64,000 nucleotides of DNA from Podarcis gaigeae. Its lineage: Eukaryota. The DNA lies in NCBI GenBank assembly GCA_964106915.2, contig OZ066918.1. The stretch is one strand, 5' to 3'. Numbering within the stretch: position 1 is the first letter of the stretch; each line of letters starts with the position of its first letter. Under the pieces are notes generated by a model, which made no database searches, was not told the origin of the DNA, and saw only the letters and a list, made by a program, of their open reading frames with translations. This document shows, in pieces, positions 11,847-25,452 of the stretch. The position numbers and the translations under genes were made by a program.

Positions 11847-14800
11847 ATTAATTTGAATTAATTTGAAATTTCCTGGTTGGTTTGCCCATTCATCTGAAGG
11901 AAGAAGCAAAGCAGCTGTGCATGTCACCAAAGGTCTCATTTATATATTAGTGTATTAAGCTGAGATAATCTGGACTCATGTAGGACTCTTTCATGAGAGC
12001 CTACCGAAAGGGGAAGCACAAGTAAGGCTGCACTCCTAGGGTTGCATACTTGGGAGTATACCCCACAGAGCTCAGTGGGACTTCCTTCTGGGTTAACAAA
12101 CATAGGATTACACCACAAGTCATATTTTTGCTTTGAAACGCAAAGAAGAACATCATACCTTCATCATGTGTGAGAGATGCATGGGATCCAGATGTGGATC
12201 AGCTCATACATATACCACAGTTTACCCAATATTTTTTTTTACCACTTTCAGAAATACGAAAGAACCTTCATCTTCAATTCTCCATTAGTAAATGAGGGAA
12301 ATAATAGGGGTTCTACTTTAGAGTGATTGGAAGGACATGTGAGATAAAGCCTTTAAGTACATTGTAGATTAACAGTGGTATAGTAATTGCGTCTATTGGT
12401 TACAATTACAGAATCATATTTTTAAAAAAGATTTAGCTGCAGATATTGTAAAAGCTATTTACACACAGAGAAACAGAGTGCTTGCAAAAGTGTGAAATAT
12501 GGTAAAGCAGTTCATAGCTACCATATTTAATAAATCAGTGCAAGAAGGAAAATATCTCTGATAAAGGCATGGGGCATGTTAATTCCCATAAGGCAGCACA
12601 CACTCTATTTGCAAGTTGAAGAGTACTGCAGCGGAGCTTAGAATGAAGAGGTCATTAAGGAATCTTCCATGGAAAGAAGTAGATATTCTACATTACTTTA
12701 AATTGTATGAGTTTGAGATCAGCCTATAGCTAGGGATTGAGAAGACTTAAATATAAAGGTAAGGACATTGGAGCATGATAGGTGGAGTGCTGTGGAAACT
12801 GTACAGAGTTTTGGAAAGAAATGATAAGATGGTCTGGTAGGATTTTAGCAGACGCTATCCAGATTCAGTGAATGGCACTGAACTATAATCGAAGGGAACG
12901 AACAAGTTGTGTTTTCTGTGTGCTAGAGAACTGAATGAATTATCTGTGTTAGCTAATTCACTTAATCAGATTGATTTGTTGTGGGCTTTGGGTTGAAAGG
13001 GTCTTTGCCATGTGCAAAACGTTCGCTGAAACAGTACTGATTGTTTCAGAAGGTGCCCAGCTTGCAACTCAGCCTTCATGCACCACACAAAGGGGCTGAA
13101 AGTGAGTTGAGCAATAGCACAATATGTGGATGACTGAGTGCTTGTCAAATTCATTAAAAAAACCAGCTTCATTCAGGGCTGACTGCTGCATGCACCTACA
13201 CCATCCACATTCACAACCCACTAAGTTTAATCGGGAGAACTGCTCTAAACAGTTGCTGTGTAGGATGTGGGAACTGCTTTGGTTTCAAGTTCCTGTAGGG
13301 GCAAAGATGTATGCATTTTGGGTTCCCAGTATACATCAGTAAACACCTTTTATCCTTTCAGTTGCACCCTATAGTTAGCCCTCTTTTATATAACTGCTCT
13401 TTATAATTCTCTACCTATGTTGAGCTACTCCTGCCTGAGTCACAGTGCGGACGGGGGAATGGGACAGTGATTGTTAAGACCGAAACTTCGGCTCCTCACA
13501 GACTGTTTCCTGGTGTGTAATAGCTAACTGAATGTACAAAGCACACCCAAATTTTCATTCTGGAATTGATGCTTATCTTATATCACATTCCTGACCAGGA
13601 GGTTAGCACTGGGCTCATAAATGTGAAAAAGCAAGAGTTGAAAAGGGGGGGAAAATGCAGGCACAGAAAATCTTTTTTCTGATGCTTTAAAGTTCAAAGC
13701 CTGCATTCATAACATAGCAGTACCGGTGCCTTGCTGCCTAATGAGACTCTTAGGAAATAAAAGAGATTTTATGTTAACTATGGCCAGTAACCAAATAAGG
13801 ACACAAAAGTGCATTACTTGTGTGCGGCAGGATCTTTGCTGAGCTGAGAAGCTGCTCTTTTAAAAAGTGGGGATATCCCTTTGGTGATGAAAGTTACTGC
13901 AGTGGAAAGCTGCAACTGAAGTTCAGTGCACAGATCATTCCTGTACGTTTATGTCCTGACCTACGTACTACAGACTTTGTGTACTTGAAAGGGAACCATG
14001 ACAGTGGTGACTTTGCCTTAGTATAAGGTGTTTCTGTTCTTTCAAGCCAGGGCACCCATTTATTTATTTATTTTTACCAATCTCTCCTATCCATGAAAAG
14101 CCTCCCCTCCCCCAGCTGCTTCAGAGGTCTGGAGGGTTTGAGGATCCTGCTGATCAGAGTTGGAAATGGTTTTAGGCATTCCTGCATGGGGGGCGGGGAA
14201 TGGGCAAAAATTCTGTGCCCTGACTTGTGCAAGCAGAAGCATTTTCCCCTAAGAGTCACCGCTGAATAAAACCCCATCACTTTTCACAAACAGCAGATGT
14301 GGAGGAACACCTGTTTCTAGGTGACATCATGTGTACCTGCAGGCAGAAACACACACGATGAAGTATTCCTCTGTCGAAACCAAAGCAAAATGCTAAAATC
14401 CTGTACATAGATAACCCAGTGTTGGGGCCAGCCCTTTGCCTGACATGCTGGTTTTCTCTGTACAAAGCTGTTGAGTAGTTGTTTTTGTATAAAGGAGCAT
14501 ATAATCTATCTGATCTTCACCCTTTCCATTCCTCCTCACAACATAATAAGAACAGAATTCATCATGATGTAATTACAGTCCATAGAACTGCAATCTATGA
14601 AACACTAAAATATCTTCTTCTTTTTTATTATACCAGGAACAACTGAAACAGGATCAGCAGGGTATAAAATCAGGCAGCTAAAAAATGGAAAGGTTAAAAA
14701 AGCAGCAGCAGTTAAATATGAAGCACTAAAATGCTAATTAGAAGCTGCTAATATAATCTCAATAATAAAGTTACAAAATAATAACAAGGAAGTCACACAC

Positions 14801-15633
14801 ACGAGTGGAGGGAAGACACATGGCAAGAAATAAGAAATCGATATTTTTTGGTACATAATGAAATGTGAATGTGAATTTACAAATTAATGTATATGTATTA
14901 TTATGTAAAGATTTCATATATGTATTGCAACATTAATAAAAAATAAAATAAAAGCTGCTTGGAATAGAAAAGTCTTCAGTGCCTTTAAGGCTGACAGTAT
15001 ACTGGTCACACATGCCTTCTTAAGAAGAAAGTTCATGAACGGAGCTACCACCCCAAAGGCCCTGTTTATGATTCCTTCCCCTTTAATATTTCTTGATGTA
15101 AGGCTCATGAGCAGAGCCTCAGAGGCTGTTCTTAAGGATTGGTCAGGTTTATGCAGAGGTCAGCACTCCTTCCCATAACTAGGTCCCAACCTTAAAAGGG
15201 CAGCCACCAGCACCTATAACGCAAAGCTCTGCGGACGTTAAACATCTGTTGTTGTTTTAGGAACTCTGTCCCCAGAGGTAGTGTTCACATATTGTAGTCA
15301 ATTAAAAGAATGAAACAAGTTTCTAGCCTCTCTCCCACATCTCTATATAAAATCTCTGATGTGCTATCAGGGATTTGCCAGAGAACAGACTACGTTGTAA
15401 TCCTTGAAATGGGAAAGTGATCTGTGTGAATTTCAATGTGTAGCACTAAAGAATATGGACTAGGCCATGTTTATTCAGAACTCCATGATCTATGTAGGGC
15501 TTTGGATTGCAGCTGTACCTCTTAAAATCTCAATAAACAACGGGAGCCATAGGTAGAGCGTTTAGTTATCTGGAAGTATGTCCTCTGTGCTCATCACTGT
15601 TCTCCATCTCCTGTGACTTTTCATAACTCTTGT

Positions 15634-15823
15634 GAGCCAGTGTGGTGTAGTGGTTAGAGTATTGGCTGGAATCAGCGCCCTCACGTTGCCACAAAACCCA
15701 CTGGGTGACCTGGGCTCACAGGGTGATCTACCCTGCAGGGTTGTGAAGGTAAAATGCAGATGGGGAAAATCATGTATTCCTCCTTGAGGTACTTGAAAGA
15801 AAGTGTGACATAGATCAATAAAA
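15634..15823 (+). mobile_element. Older Squam3/MIR-like SINE
   Basis: GAGCCAGTGTGGTGTAGTGGTTAGAGT head, CTGGGTGACCTGGGC core, A-rich end. Confidence 0.6.
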
Positions 15824-16173
15824 AGTCACTTCACTTTCTGTTCTTTCAGTTCAGAAAATCGCAGATGTCGGCACTTAGAATGAATTTGATCAGATAATTG
15901 CATCCATGCAGAACTGCTAATTTTGTATCATTTGGGTTTTTGTTCCTGCTGTGTTTGGAGTTTTGTGGCACTGCCACCATGCTGACATAGTGATGCGGGT
16001 TATTCCACTATGGGTTTCTAAGCACCTGACTACTTTTCAGGGGTACCACAGCCATTGTGGTGCGTTAGAGTAGAAAAACAATGAATTATTTGAAGGGTTA
16101 AAATGCATCATCTTTGTGAGCCCATGATGAGGGTTGGTGTCAGCTAATTAAAACACTTTTGAAATTCTCTTAG

Positions 16174-16302
<129 letters not shown>

Positions 16303-17058
16303 TAAACTCTTAGTGGCTAATTTTTTTTTTCTTTCTTTAAGTGATGACTTAGATTTATTTTCCTCCTAATTATCTTTTTTTTAAAAGGTGAAAATAACTA
16401 AACGTAAAACTTAAAATGGACTTAGAATGGAGCATATGTGAAGCAGAATAGGCCATACCACAAAGCAGTGACCATTAGTTGCTTCAGATCAGGCCCTGTT
16501 TTTCTGTTAGTTTGAATTCCTGTTTTCATATTCTTTTCTTTACTGTTGTGTTTTTGTTTTGATGATCATTATTGTTCCTGCTTAGAGATTTTAAAATACT
16601 AAACTGTTTATAAGTGCTTTTAAGTACAGTAAATTAACAAATGGAATGATGGGGTTTTTTAATTTAAAAATTTAAAAATGATAGGTTCTTGACATAATTC
16701 AGGGTTGATCTTAATCACTTTGATAGGTTTAATTTGTGGTGTGTGGCCTGATTCTTTAAGACCCAAAGAAACTTAGGATGTTGGAGAGCTATAGAAATCT
16801 CTCTTCCCCCTCCTCACAGCAAAATCTCCTTATTCAGCTGAGGTGAACTAACCTGGAGACTAAACCATTTTTTTTGTTTGAACACTTGTTTAAACAATGT
16901 TTATTGAAGGTGCAGCTCCAACGGCTGCCAGGAATAGTAGTAAATTGCGTTCCACATGACTCCATCCTGTACAGACCAGCTGCTGAAAGGGTGCAGCTGA
17001 ATTATGTTCCCTCACCAGGGAGTGGGTGTGTCCACAATATCTAGCAAAGGAGGAAACC

Positions 17059-17439
17059 AAGGGAATATATACACTTCTCTCCTAAGAGTATTTTCTCCTT
17101 TCCTGGACAGTACTTCAAAGAATTGTGTTGCAGAAAAGAAGTAGGGGAGTCTAGAAGGAAAAAACTTCTTTTAAAATACCAGGAATGAAACTGACTGAAA
17201 AAGACACTGTCTTGAAATCCCCACAGTGTGTGCAGTTTTACTTTTTTGGTAAATTTTCTTTTGTTTTCTGAAAGTTATGCAAATATTTACCAGAAACCCC
17301 TAGCCTCTTCTTCCTCTTTAAGCTTTTCAATGCCTTACATTCAAGAATATTCTGCACAGTTTATTTTTCCTGGCAGAAAATATTGGTGACTTGCATGAAT
17401 GAATGGAATGGTAATGAGAGTTATGTCATTTATTGCTAT
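17059..17439 (+). repeat. Dispersed direct duplication, copy 2 (381 bp)
   Basis: Matches 3118-3494, with an extra CTGA. Confidence 0.95.
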
Positions 17440-20400
17440 GTCTGCTACTTTCATAGAGAGAATCATAAAAGTAAACAGTAAGGCCAAGATTTTCCATCGT
17501 GATTAGGGGTTTCTGAATGTGCTCAGTTGCCATCATGGGGTCTTGTTTCTTCTTCTGAGGGTCTAGAAATGCACTTTTTCTAAAAGCATGTACCTCTGTT
17601 TCTTAAAGGAAATCTATAGTATTTACAAACCCATTTTGGAAAATGTAGTGTTTGTCTGTTAATTCTCTTTATATTTATTTGGCAATGGCATGTTAGAATT
17701 TGGGCTTTTTGGTTACATTTTGAAACATTTGGTGCTGTTTTCAGTACTTGTTGGTCTCAGCAGCAACCATGGTAAGCTTTGTTTTACCGCGTTTCGAAAA
17801 TGATCCAGAATTTGAAATTTAGCGCAGAGTAAGAGGAAACAGCAATGGTAATGATGGGAAATGAACCCTAGGTTTCTTTATCCTTTAGTTTCTAACCTGC
17901 AGAAGTAAGAGAATTTTTCAGAGCTCAACACATTTTGGACTGTCCTATTTAGGGCTGGCATCAGTACCTAGCATCTTTGGGAAGCTGCCTGGGCCTTCCT
18001 TTAAATGCCCCTTCCCCACCACCCCAGTTCAGTGCTCTTGCAGTCCTGGTTGGCTGGGTCTAGCCACCATTTTGTTTTCTCACAATACGCCATAGTGATG
18101 CTGTATTAGAAGCATTGTATGAAATAAAAATGGTAGCTAGATTCAGGTGCCCAGTGCTGAAGTGTTAGACTCCACAGGGGATTCTTCCACTTGACTGTTT
18201 GGGTTTCAGTTTCTCCCACAGAGGTGGTTCTTTGGTCACTATTCATATTCCATTCATCTGTAAGAGCCAGAAAGGTACACTGTGAAGATTCTTGCCCCTT
18301 TAGTTAGGTGATTACTATAGCATAGAGTTTCATGTGGTAATGCAGAATATAATTTAGAAACCTGCAATAGCTATTTCCCTTGAATTCCCTAGTGTGTGGG
18401 TCTCTTCCTTCCCAAGATAAATAATATAGGTAAATAATATTTTTAAAAGTTTCCTTCTGTTACCCCAACACTGTATTCCTCATACTTCCCATGGCTAAAC
18501 ACAGCTCAGAATGGAACTGATTTGGTGCTACATTCGTTAACCAAACAAGCAATCACATACTTAGATGGTGGTTAGATGACAGATCCAGGAAAAAGTGTGT
18601 AGAACTCTGCAGAGCAAATGTCCCTTCATATTTAATACACAACTGACCACAATCGGTTGCCCTGTGGTGAACCCATTTTGCTAAAACACATTGACACTCA
18701 ATTAAATTTGAAACAATTGAGTAAATTGTGGAATAGAAACCAGATTTAAATTGGGCAGTATAAAATGAATTTCTCTTTGCTTGTTTTAGTTGTTTGCCCT
18801 TCTACATAAACTAATCTGCTGGAATTTATTTTTATTATTATTACTACTATTACTATTATTTTTACTATTTTCTTCACTGATGAGAGATTAACAGATTTTG
18901 AGTCAGGATTCTAGTTTGATGTGAAGCTCATATTAATGATCATTTTACCACACATCTTACCATAGATTTGCATGTTATGTGTAGTAAAATCTTCCTTAAT
19001 ACTTGGCTAGGATAATGCAGATGACCAAGCTTTTATAGAGTTGGAGAGTAATTTACCCAATGGTAATTTGACCAGGGAGGAGGGGGAGAGAAGGAAAGAG
19101 AAGCAGAGGCAAATTATGAAGCATGTCTCTTACTGCTCCAGTCCTGGCGAAGGTGATGCCAAACATGAAAAACATAGAGAAGATGAATTGGGTGTAGGAA
19201 AGAGAAGTAGAAGTACTCAGGAAAGTTAATTAAATCTTCAAAAAAAATATATGTTCATGAATAATCCAGTTACTGTGTGTGGATTTGTGATAAAAGTTCA
19301 GAGCATTAACCCAGAAATCTAAACCCTTTCCCCTTTATTACTCTTTCATCTCTTCTTGTACTTGCTCTTTTTATGTTCCAGGGATGAAGAGGAGGAAAAG
19401 CAGTATTAATAGTTGAGCTTCATGTGATACACAGGCATAGATTAGTGTAGGGAAGGAAGCCTCTCAGACATTATTCGTTCCTTGTGCTTTCAGCTAAGCT
19501 AACCTGTTGGCTCCCTTCTTTTCTCTCTCTTTTCCATGGGTTCAGCTGATTTCAGAGCAGACCTGTTTGATACTAATGGTAATGAATAGTTTTAAAATAT
19601 GGCAGTACGTTATACTAATGTGTCTGTGTGACACGTTGTAGTGTAACCTCTTATTACCTCACAGATTTTGGAGTTTTCTCAGCAAGCCTGTTGCCAAATG
19701 GTGACACAATGCTAAATTGGGAATAGCCATTATTAACTTGCCTGTAATAACTTTTGAAAGCCTGAATCTTTCACCGTTCATGCACTAATAGCTAGCAGAA
19801 TGTGAAGGGTTTCATTTGAAGTGCATATGCTAAATATTCTCAGCTGTTAGCTCAGATTTGTGAACGTAGGAAGTACATCACCATCTGATATTTTGCTGCA
19901 AATGTGAGAAGAACATTTGGCTGTAAGCAGAATTTTCTTAGTAGTCCAGTTAGCTTCTGGCTGCACAGTAGAACTTGTCTGGAGACTCGGAAGTAAAACA
20001 GACACTGCCTTAGGTGGACATTTTGATGATTGGTAATGTTCTCTACTTTTTGTGTTTCTTGTACTGAAATTATGACTTTGATTATTTGCAACAGAATGCT
20101 GTGTGCTTGTGCATGTGTCTGGCTTCCATATTGAGGAGCCAGAAAAGCTATAGAAGGGTGAAGTGATCCAAACTGGAAATAAGCCTACTCCTTCCCTGTC
20201 ATCCTGGTAACGCACTCTTACCTTGCTCATGTCATGTGCTTGGGATGACCCTGCAGAGAGGCAACTGCTGCAAACCCTAGATAGGAACATTGTTGATAGC
20301 AGAGAAAATGGAATAGAATTTGGGTACTAATCGGAAAGGCAGCCGTACAGTTTGGGGGCTGCAGATTACAGGAAAAGGCAGAGAACATTTTATTCTATTT

Positions 20401-23400
20401 TTTAGAGGATAGAAATGTAAGATCCTTCTAGCTCAGCATCTTGGCTTCAGTGGTACATATACAGCTGATGAAATCAGCAATTAAATAAACTGCAAGTATT
20501 TTTCACTCTTGAGTTGCAAGTTACTGAAGGCTACCACATGCATTAAGGGTTTCTGCCTTGGCTATTTTAGCAGTAGATGCTGAGCTCTACTGAAAATGAC
20601 TGGCTCTGTCTAAACTCAGTAACTTTGTTGCCCATCATGTTCTTTTCAGTTCAACAACATAATGTTGTAAAAAACAAAAACAAACCCTGGTCTCTTTAAA
20701 GTCTCTCTTGATCTTCATATGTCAGATAGCTACAGTTCTGGTGCTGTGAAAAAGGACAAACAACTGTTCCCTATTTACTTTTGCCATTTCATTACATGTT
20801 TTATGTATCTGTTGTTCAGCAAATGTCCTTGGCGTTGTCCCGTTTTCAAGATGTAGCTAGGACATGCCAGTGTTTACATTTCGGTTTGTATAGTTCCTAT
20901 TGAAGGAGAGAAGATGACATGTTTTTAAAGCATCTATAGTACAGTTTGCCACTTCTGTTTTTCTCTGAGTACATCTTCACCCCCCCTAAAAATTGGCAAC
21001 TTGGCCAGTAATGACCTGCCTGCTCTGCATTCATGTAAGCCTCTCCCAACCCCTTTCTTTTAATTAGAATTTCAGGATTTTCAATATTGGTCGATTTTTT
21101 AAATGATCATATTCCAGGTATAAGATTGCCTTAATGCATAGCCTTAAAACAGTGCCATAGTGGGTGTAATGTAGGTGGGAACCTAACAGGGTGAGCAGGC
21201 ACTGAGTAATATGTGTCTGTATTTTATGATTATAGCAATAAAAACATGAGTCTTAGCCTGTGGAAGTAATCGTTTCCCCACAAGAATTGTACCATATAAA
21301 CTAAGCTTGTTGTTCAGAGCTTATATTGGGAAACGTTTGTCACGTTTATTATAAACTAGTACCTTACAAGAGAGTTATGGACCATTTCACTCAACATGAA
21401 TTTTCTGCATGATATCACTTCTGAGTTTGGTACTGTGAATGCCATCATGTGCAGTGAACAGAAGTAGTTATTTTACTGAATCCCCTGCATGCTTCTTGCT
21501 GTGCATAAGTTCGTTACATGCAACACTGCATGCATGCATCGGGAGTAACTGATTTCATAAATGGTAGTGACATATGTGTAGGAGCCTGATCGTGTGTGAG
21601 GAGTAGAAGACAAGCTCCATCAATCTAGTGCCCTGTAGATGTTTTGAGCTACAATTCCAGGCAGCATGGCAAGTGGTAAAGAATGATGGGAGTTGTAGTC
21701 TAACGACTACGCATTAAGCAAGTCTGGTCTACAGCCATGTATTAATTTGGATAAGACACTCATACTAGGTGTGTGACTCATACTAGGTGTCATGGCCAAA
21801 CTATGGTTTGGGTGTTGGGAACATGCTGTACACTTTGCACATGTAGATTCTGTCCCCCATGTCCCACAGAGTGTAAGTTTGCGAAAGGATTGAACAGAGA
21901 TTGAAAATGAGTCACTTACTTGGTCTTTGACATAAAATACAGCTAATGATAGCCATAATTAAAAACGTTATGGTGTTACAACCAAGCAACAGGGTTTGTG
22001 TGTAATTATTACAGCAGTCAGAGGAAGGGTAAGTTACAAGTCTGCAATGGTGAGCCTATGTCAGTCTGGAAGAAGCACCGTGAGCTTGTGCATTATAGCT
22101 CAGTTGAGTCTATGTATGGCTGTTCTGAGGCACAATGGAATTTATGAACATAGGCAACAGCAGCCATATATTATGTCTGTGTAATAAATGGGTATTTGCA
22201 GTGGGCTTATGTAAGATTATTGTTGGGTAGGTTGTACTGCTGGAGTCCAAACACAAAACACAATAAAGGGTGTGAGAGTAATTGTCACGTACCTATCTGC
22301 AGGTATTAGCAGAACTCTTTCTCCAAAGCAGTAGTGAGATATCGCTAAAAATAAAACATTTCATTTGTTTTCAGGAATTAATTAAGGGTAGCCTTCAGGC
22401 CTTTCCAAATGACTGTTCAAGCTCATGTTGATCTTTGTACAAACTTCCACAACTCCTTTGACAATAGTGTTGTATCCTTTGTGTAGTTGATGAGGGTGTA
22501 GGGAGAGCCTTTTTATCACAGGGGATATTCAAGTTGGTGTCCTTACAAGGTTGAGTTGAACCTTATTCTGCCACAGCAGTAGAGAAAACTCCATCCTTAA
22601 TACAAACGTTCAGGTGCTGCTTAATTAATTTCCAGCAAGAGTTAAATGTATATAGTCTACCCAAGTCACAACTTGCTTTCTGGCAGCCAGGTTTGCAGTT
22701 GTTGACTAATTCTTTACAGGAGCAAGGATAAGCCTGACATACTTACCTGAGCACTTGAGGGCTGGGACGTGCTGAGACAGGGGCAGAGGCAGGCAGGAAT
22801 CCACACTGGTGCTTGCCTCTAGGTATTTGGATAAACTGAGAAGGAATAAACTTTCTTTCAAAGCAAGAGAAAAGCCTGACTGTGGACTTTACACCTGGCA
22901 TGGGCTTTTGGCAACACTTGAGCAACTAGCTCAGAGAGAGGGAGAGGAAAGAAACCTACACAAATTGTTTAGAGCTAGAGGCTGTGTGCTTTGCTCTTAG
23001 CGAATGTCATTGCTTATCAAAGGGTTTTTAAAAAAATATCCAGGTGCTGTTACTCATTGGATTTGTCATACTTGCATTGCGCCTTTTGGATCACACAGCC
23101 CCTCACTTAACTTACTTCCTTGCCACTACATGCCCATATGCTCACCATCTATTTGCTCTGTCCTTCGTAATGCTGTGCCAAAAATATATTATGCAATTTT
23201 GATAACCATTCTTCATGAATTAATGAGAAAAGGAATTTTCTTATCAAAGTGGAGAAAATTATTTCATGTAATTCTCATGTGTGGGGTCAGGATATTCATT
23301 GCATTTGTTTTAATTTCATGGCAGCTGAAGTGTTTTGTAAGTGTCCTTTCTTTGATTCTGCAGACCATATCTTCTAAGATATGTATTCTGCAGCCTCCCC

Positions 23401-23527
23401 AGTTGCCTGCACTTTATAAAAACCTCATGTCATCATTGGCTGGACTTTCCCATGGACACTATGCCTCTGTCAGCTATTCTTCTCTTTTTATTTTAAGGGA
23501 AGGTGTTTTTGAAGAAGTCAGTGCAGA

Positions 23528-23675
23528 AATCATAGAATCATAGAACTGTAGAGTTGGAAGGGACCACGAGGGTCATCTAGTCCAACCCCCTGCAGTGCAG
23601 GAATCTTTTGCCCAATGTGGGGCTAGAACCCACAACCCTGATATTAAGACTCTCATGCTCTTCCAACTGAACTAT
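23528..23675 (-). mobile_element. tRNA-Lys-derived SINE with CR1 tail, second copy
   Basis: Homologous to 7123-7268, with an (ATTCTATG)n-type tail. Confidence 0.85.
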
Positions 23676-24202
23676 TAAGAAGGTAAGATGAAGAACTTAT
23701 TGAATACAGTACATTAAATTATTGAGCACACCAGTCTCATGCATGCAGTAGCCAGTGCCCCCAGATTCCTGGACTTCAGTTAAACCCAGGTGTAAATTCT
23801 CCCTTGACGTTTTTTCAGATCAGGAAGTGTGAGCAGCCAGGGAGGCTGGGGAAGAACGTTTTTAAGGAAAATGGAGAACAGGTTTCAAAGTATAGAACTA
23901 GCCCTTTTCTATCATTTCCCCAGTTCTTACATATGCAACGCAGGGCACATGCACACACCCCCACCTTTTGTTTCTCTCTCAAGTCCAAAGCTGATGAGAA
24001 CGCTGGAGTAGAATTCTTGCACTTTAAAGAATATCATCATTTTAAAATTTTGTACCCTTTCTCCAGGGCTGGAAACCAAATTGAGACATTTCTGGAGCAG
24101 GCAGCCTTCTAGCCCTGTGTTTTATTGAAAGGTCAATTGCTTTGCAATCAACATTACTAATTAGGACATATTGACATCTCATACTGCAAAGAAGCACTGT
24201 TG

Positions 24203-24366
24203 ATCAGTGTAGCTGCATGGTTGGCATGCAAAAGGTCCCTGGTCAATCTCTGCCAGGTACAACTGAAACCCTGGAGAGCTTCTGCCACCCTGTACACGCA
24301 ATACTGATCTAGATGCACTCAGGCTCTGGCTGCTTTTGATTTAAGTCAGGTTCCCCTATGTTCTTA
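24203..24366 (+). mobile_element. Degraded tRNA-derived SINE (Squam2-like); related 3' fragment at 2080-2165
   Basis: CTGAAACCCTGGAGAGC...CAATACTGATCTAGATG...CCTATGTTCTTA motifs shared with 2080-2165. Confidence 0.55.
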
Positions 24367-25403
24367 TCCTGTAGCAATGAAACAACATTCAGCTGCATTC
24401 TCTCTCCCTACAAACAGTGTGTAGTTCATTACCATGCTTTCTTAGTGATGCTTTTAGTTGTATGTGCATTACAGTGGTAAGGACATGACATAAAAATGAC
24501 TATGGCTTATACTCAGACAGCACTTCATTCCATTTCCCTGATGTTTCCTTACCTGATAATTTCTGCATGATACACACTGTTTTCACATGACATAAAAGCC
24601 CCTTTTGCAAACCAAGTGGAATCAACTAGAATTTTGGTGCTCATTTCTGTGTTAAATGCTTCCAGAAAAAAATCTGTTTGCAGCCCTGTTAACTCAGAGA
24701 ACTGCAGGAATTTTGTGCTGTTCTTTCCCAACCCTTTTCATGGATGCCAAAATTTGGGAAGGTAATCTTTCTGCCATTTCTTGGGTAAAAACAAGCATTC
24801 ATGTGCATAAAGGATGGCAACATGTCCAATGACATCTGCAGTTGTGTCACAGCATGGCTGCTGGTGTAAATGAAATTTAGCATGACATAGCGGTATGTCA
24901 ATAAAAAAACCCATAGTTCTATAACACAATTGGTAGTTCAGTGTAAAAGGAATGTTGGAAACAGGGACAGAATTACAGCCAGGAAAATGAATGCTATAAT
25001 CCCAACATCTGAATGTACCCAATGAACCAACCATTTATGTATCGTATCCTGGATGGAATGGGACTGGGGCCATAATGATAGCACAGTCCACCTACCCTTC
25101 CCTTTTACTCTGTATGAGATTTGGCATTTCAGTGTTATATTTCCAACCACAATTACCAAGCTCATGCAGCAGTACCATTGCAAGGCTGTATTGTGATGGG
25201 ACTGACATAAATGATTTTCATCTCCAAGCATTCCTAACTGCTATCAAGCTCCAAAAAAATCTGATGATATATTGCCAAGAGATTCTAGAAGTGTCTCCCA
25301 TTTGGCTGGTTCTATGTTTCAGCCGTGTGTGGGAGAAATTGCCTCTTGCATTTCACATTCCAGAGTAGTTCTGCTTTATTCTTTTCCAATCCAAAAATGT
25401 GAT

Positions 25404-25405
<2 letters not shown>

Positions 25406-25449
<44 letters not shown>
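25406..25449. repeat. (AT)n microsatellite
   Basis: Uninterrupted AT run. Confidence 0.95.

Positions 25450-25452
<3 letters not shown>

Noticed and set aside
23004-23543. 179-aa intronic ORF and the other short ORFs in the track
   Set aside because: No recognisable motifs, AT-rich intron-like composition, many with non-ATG starts; expected by chance in 64 kb.
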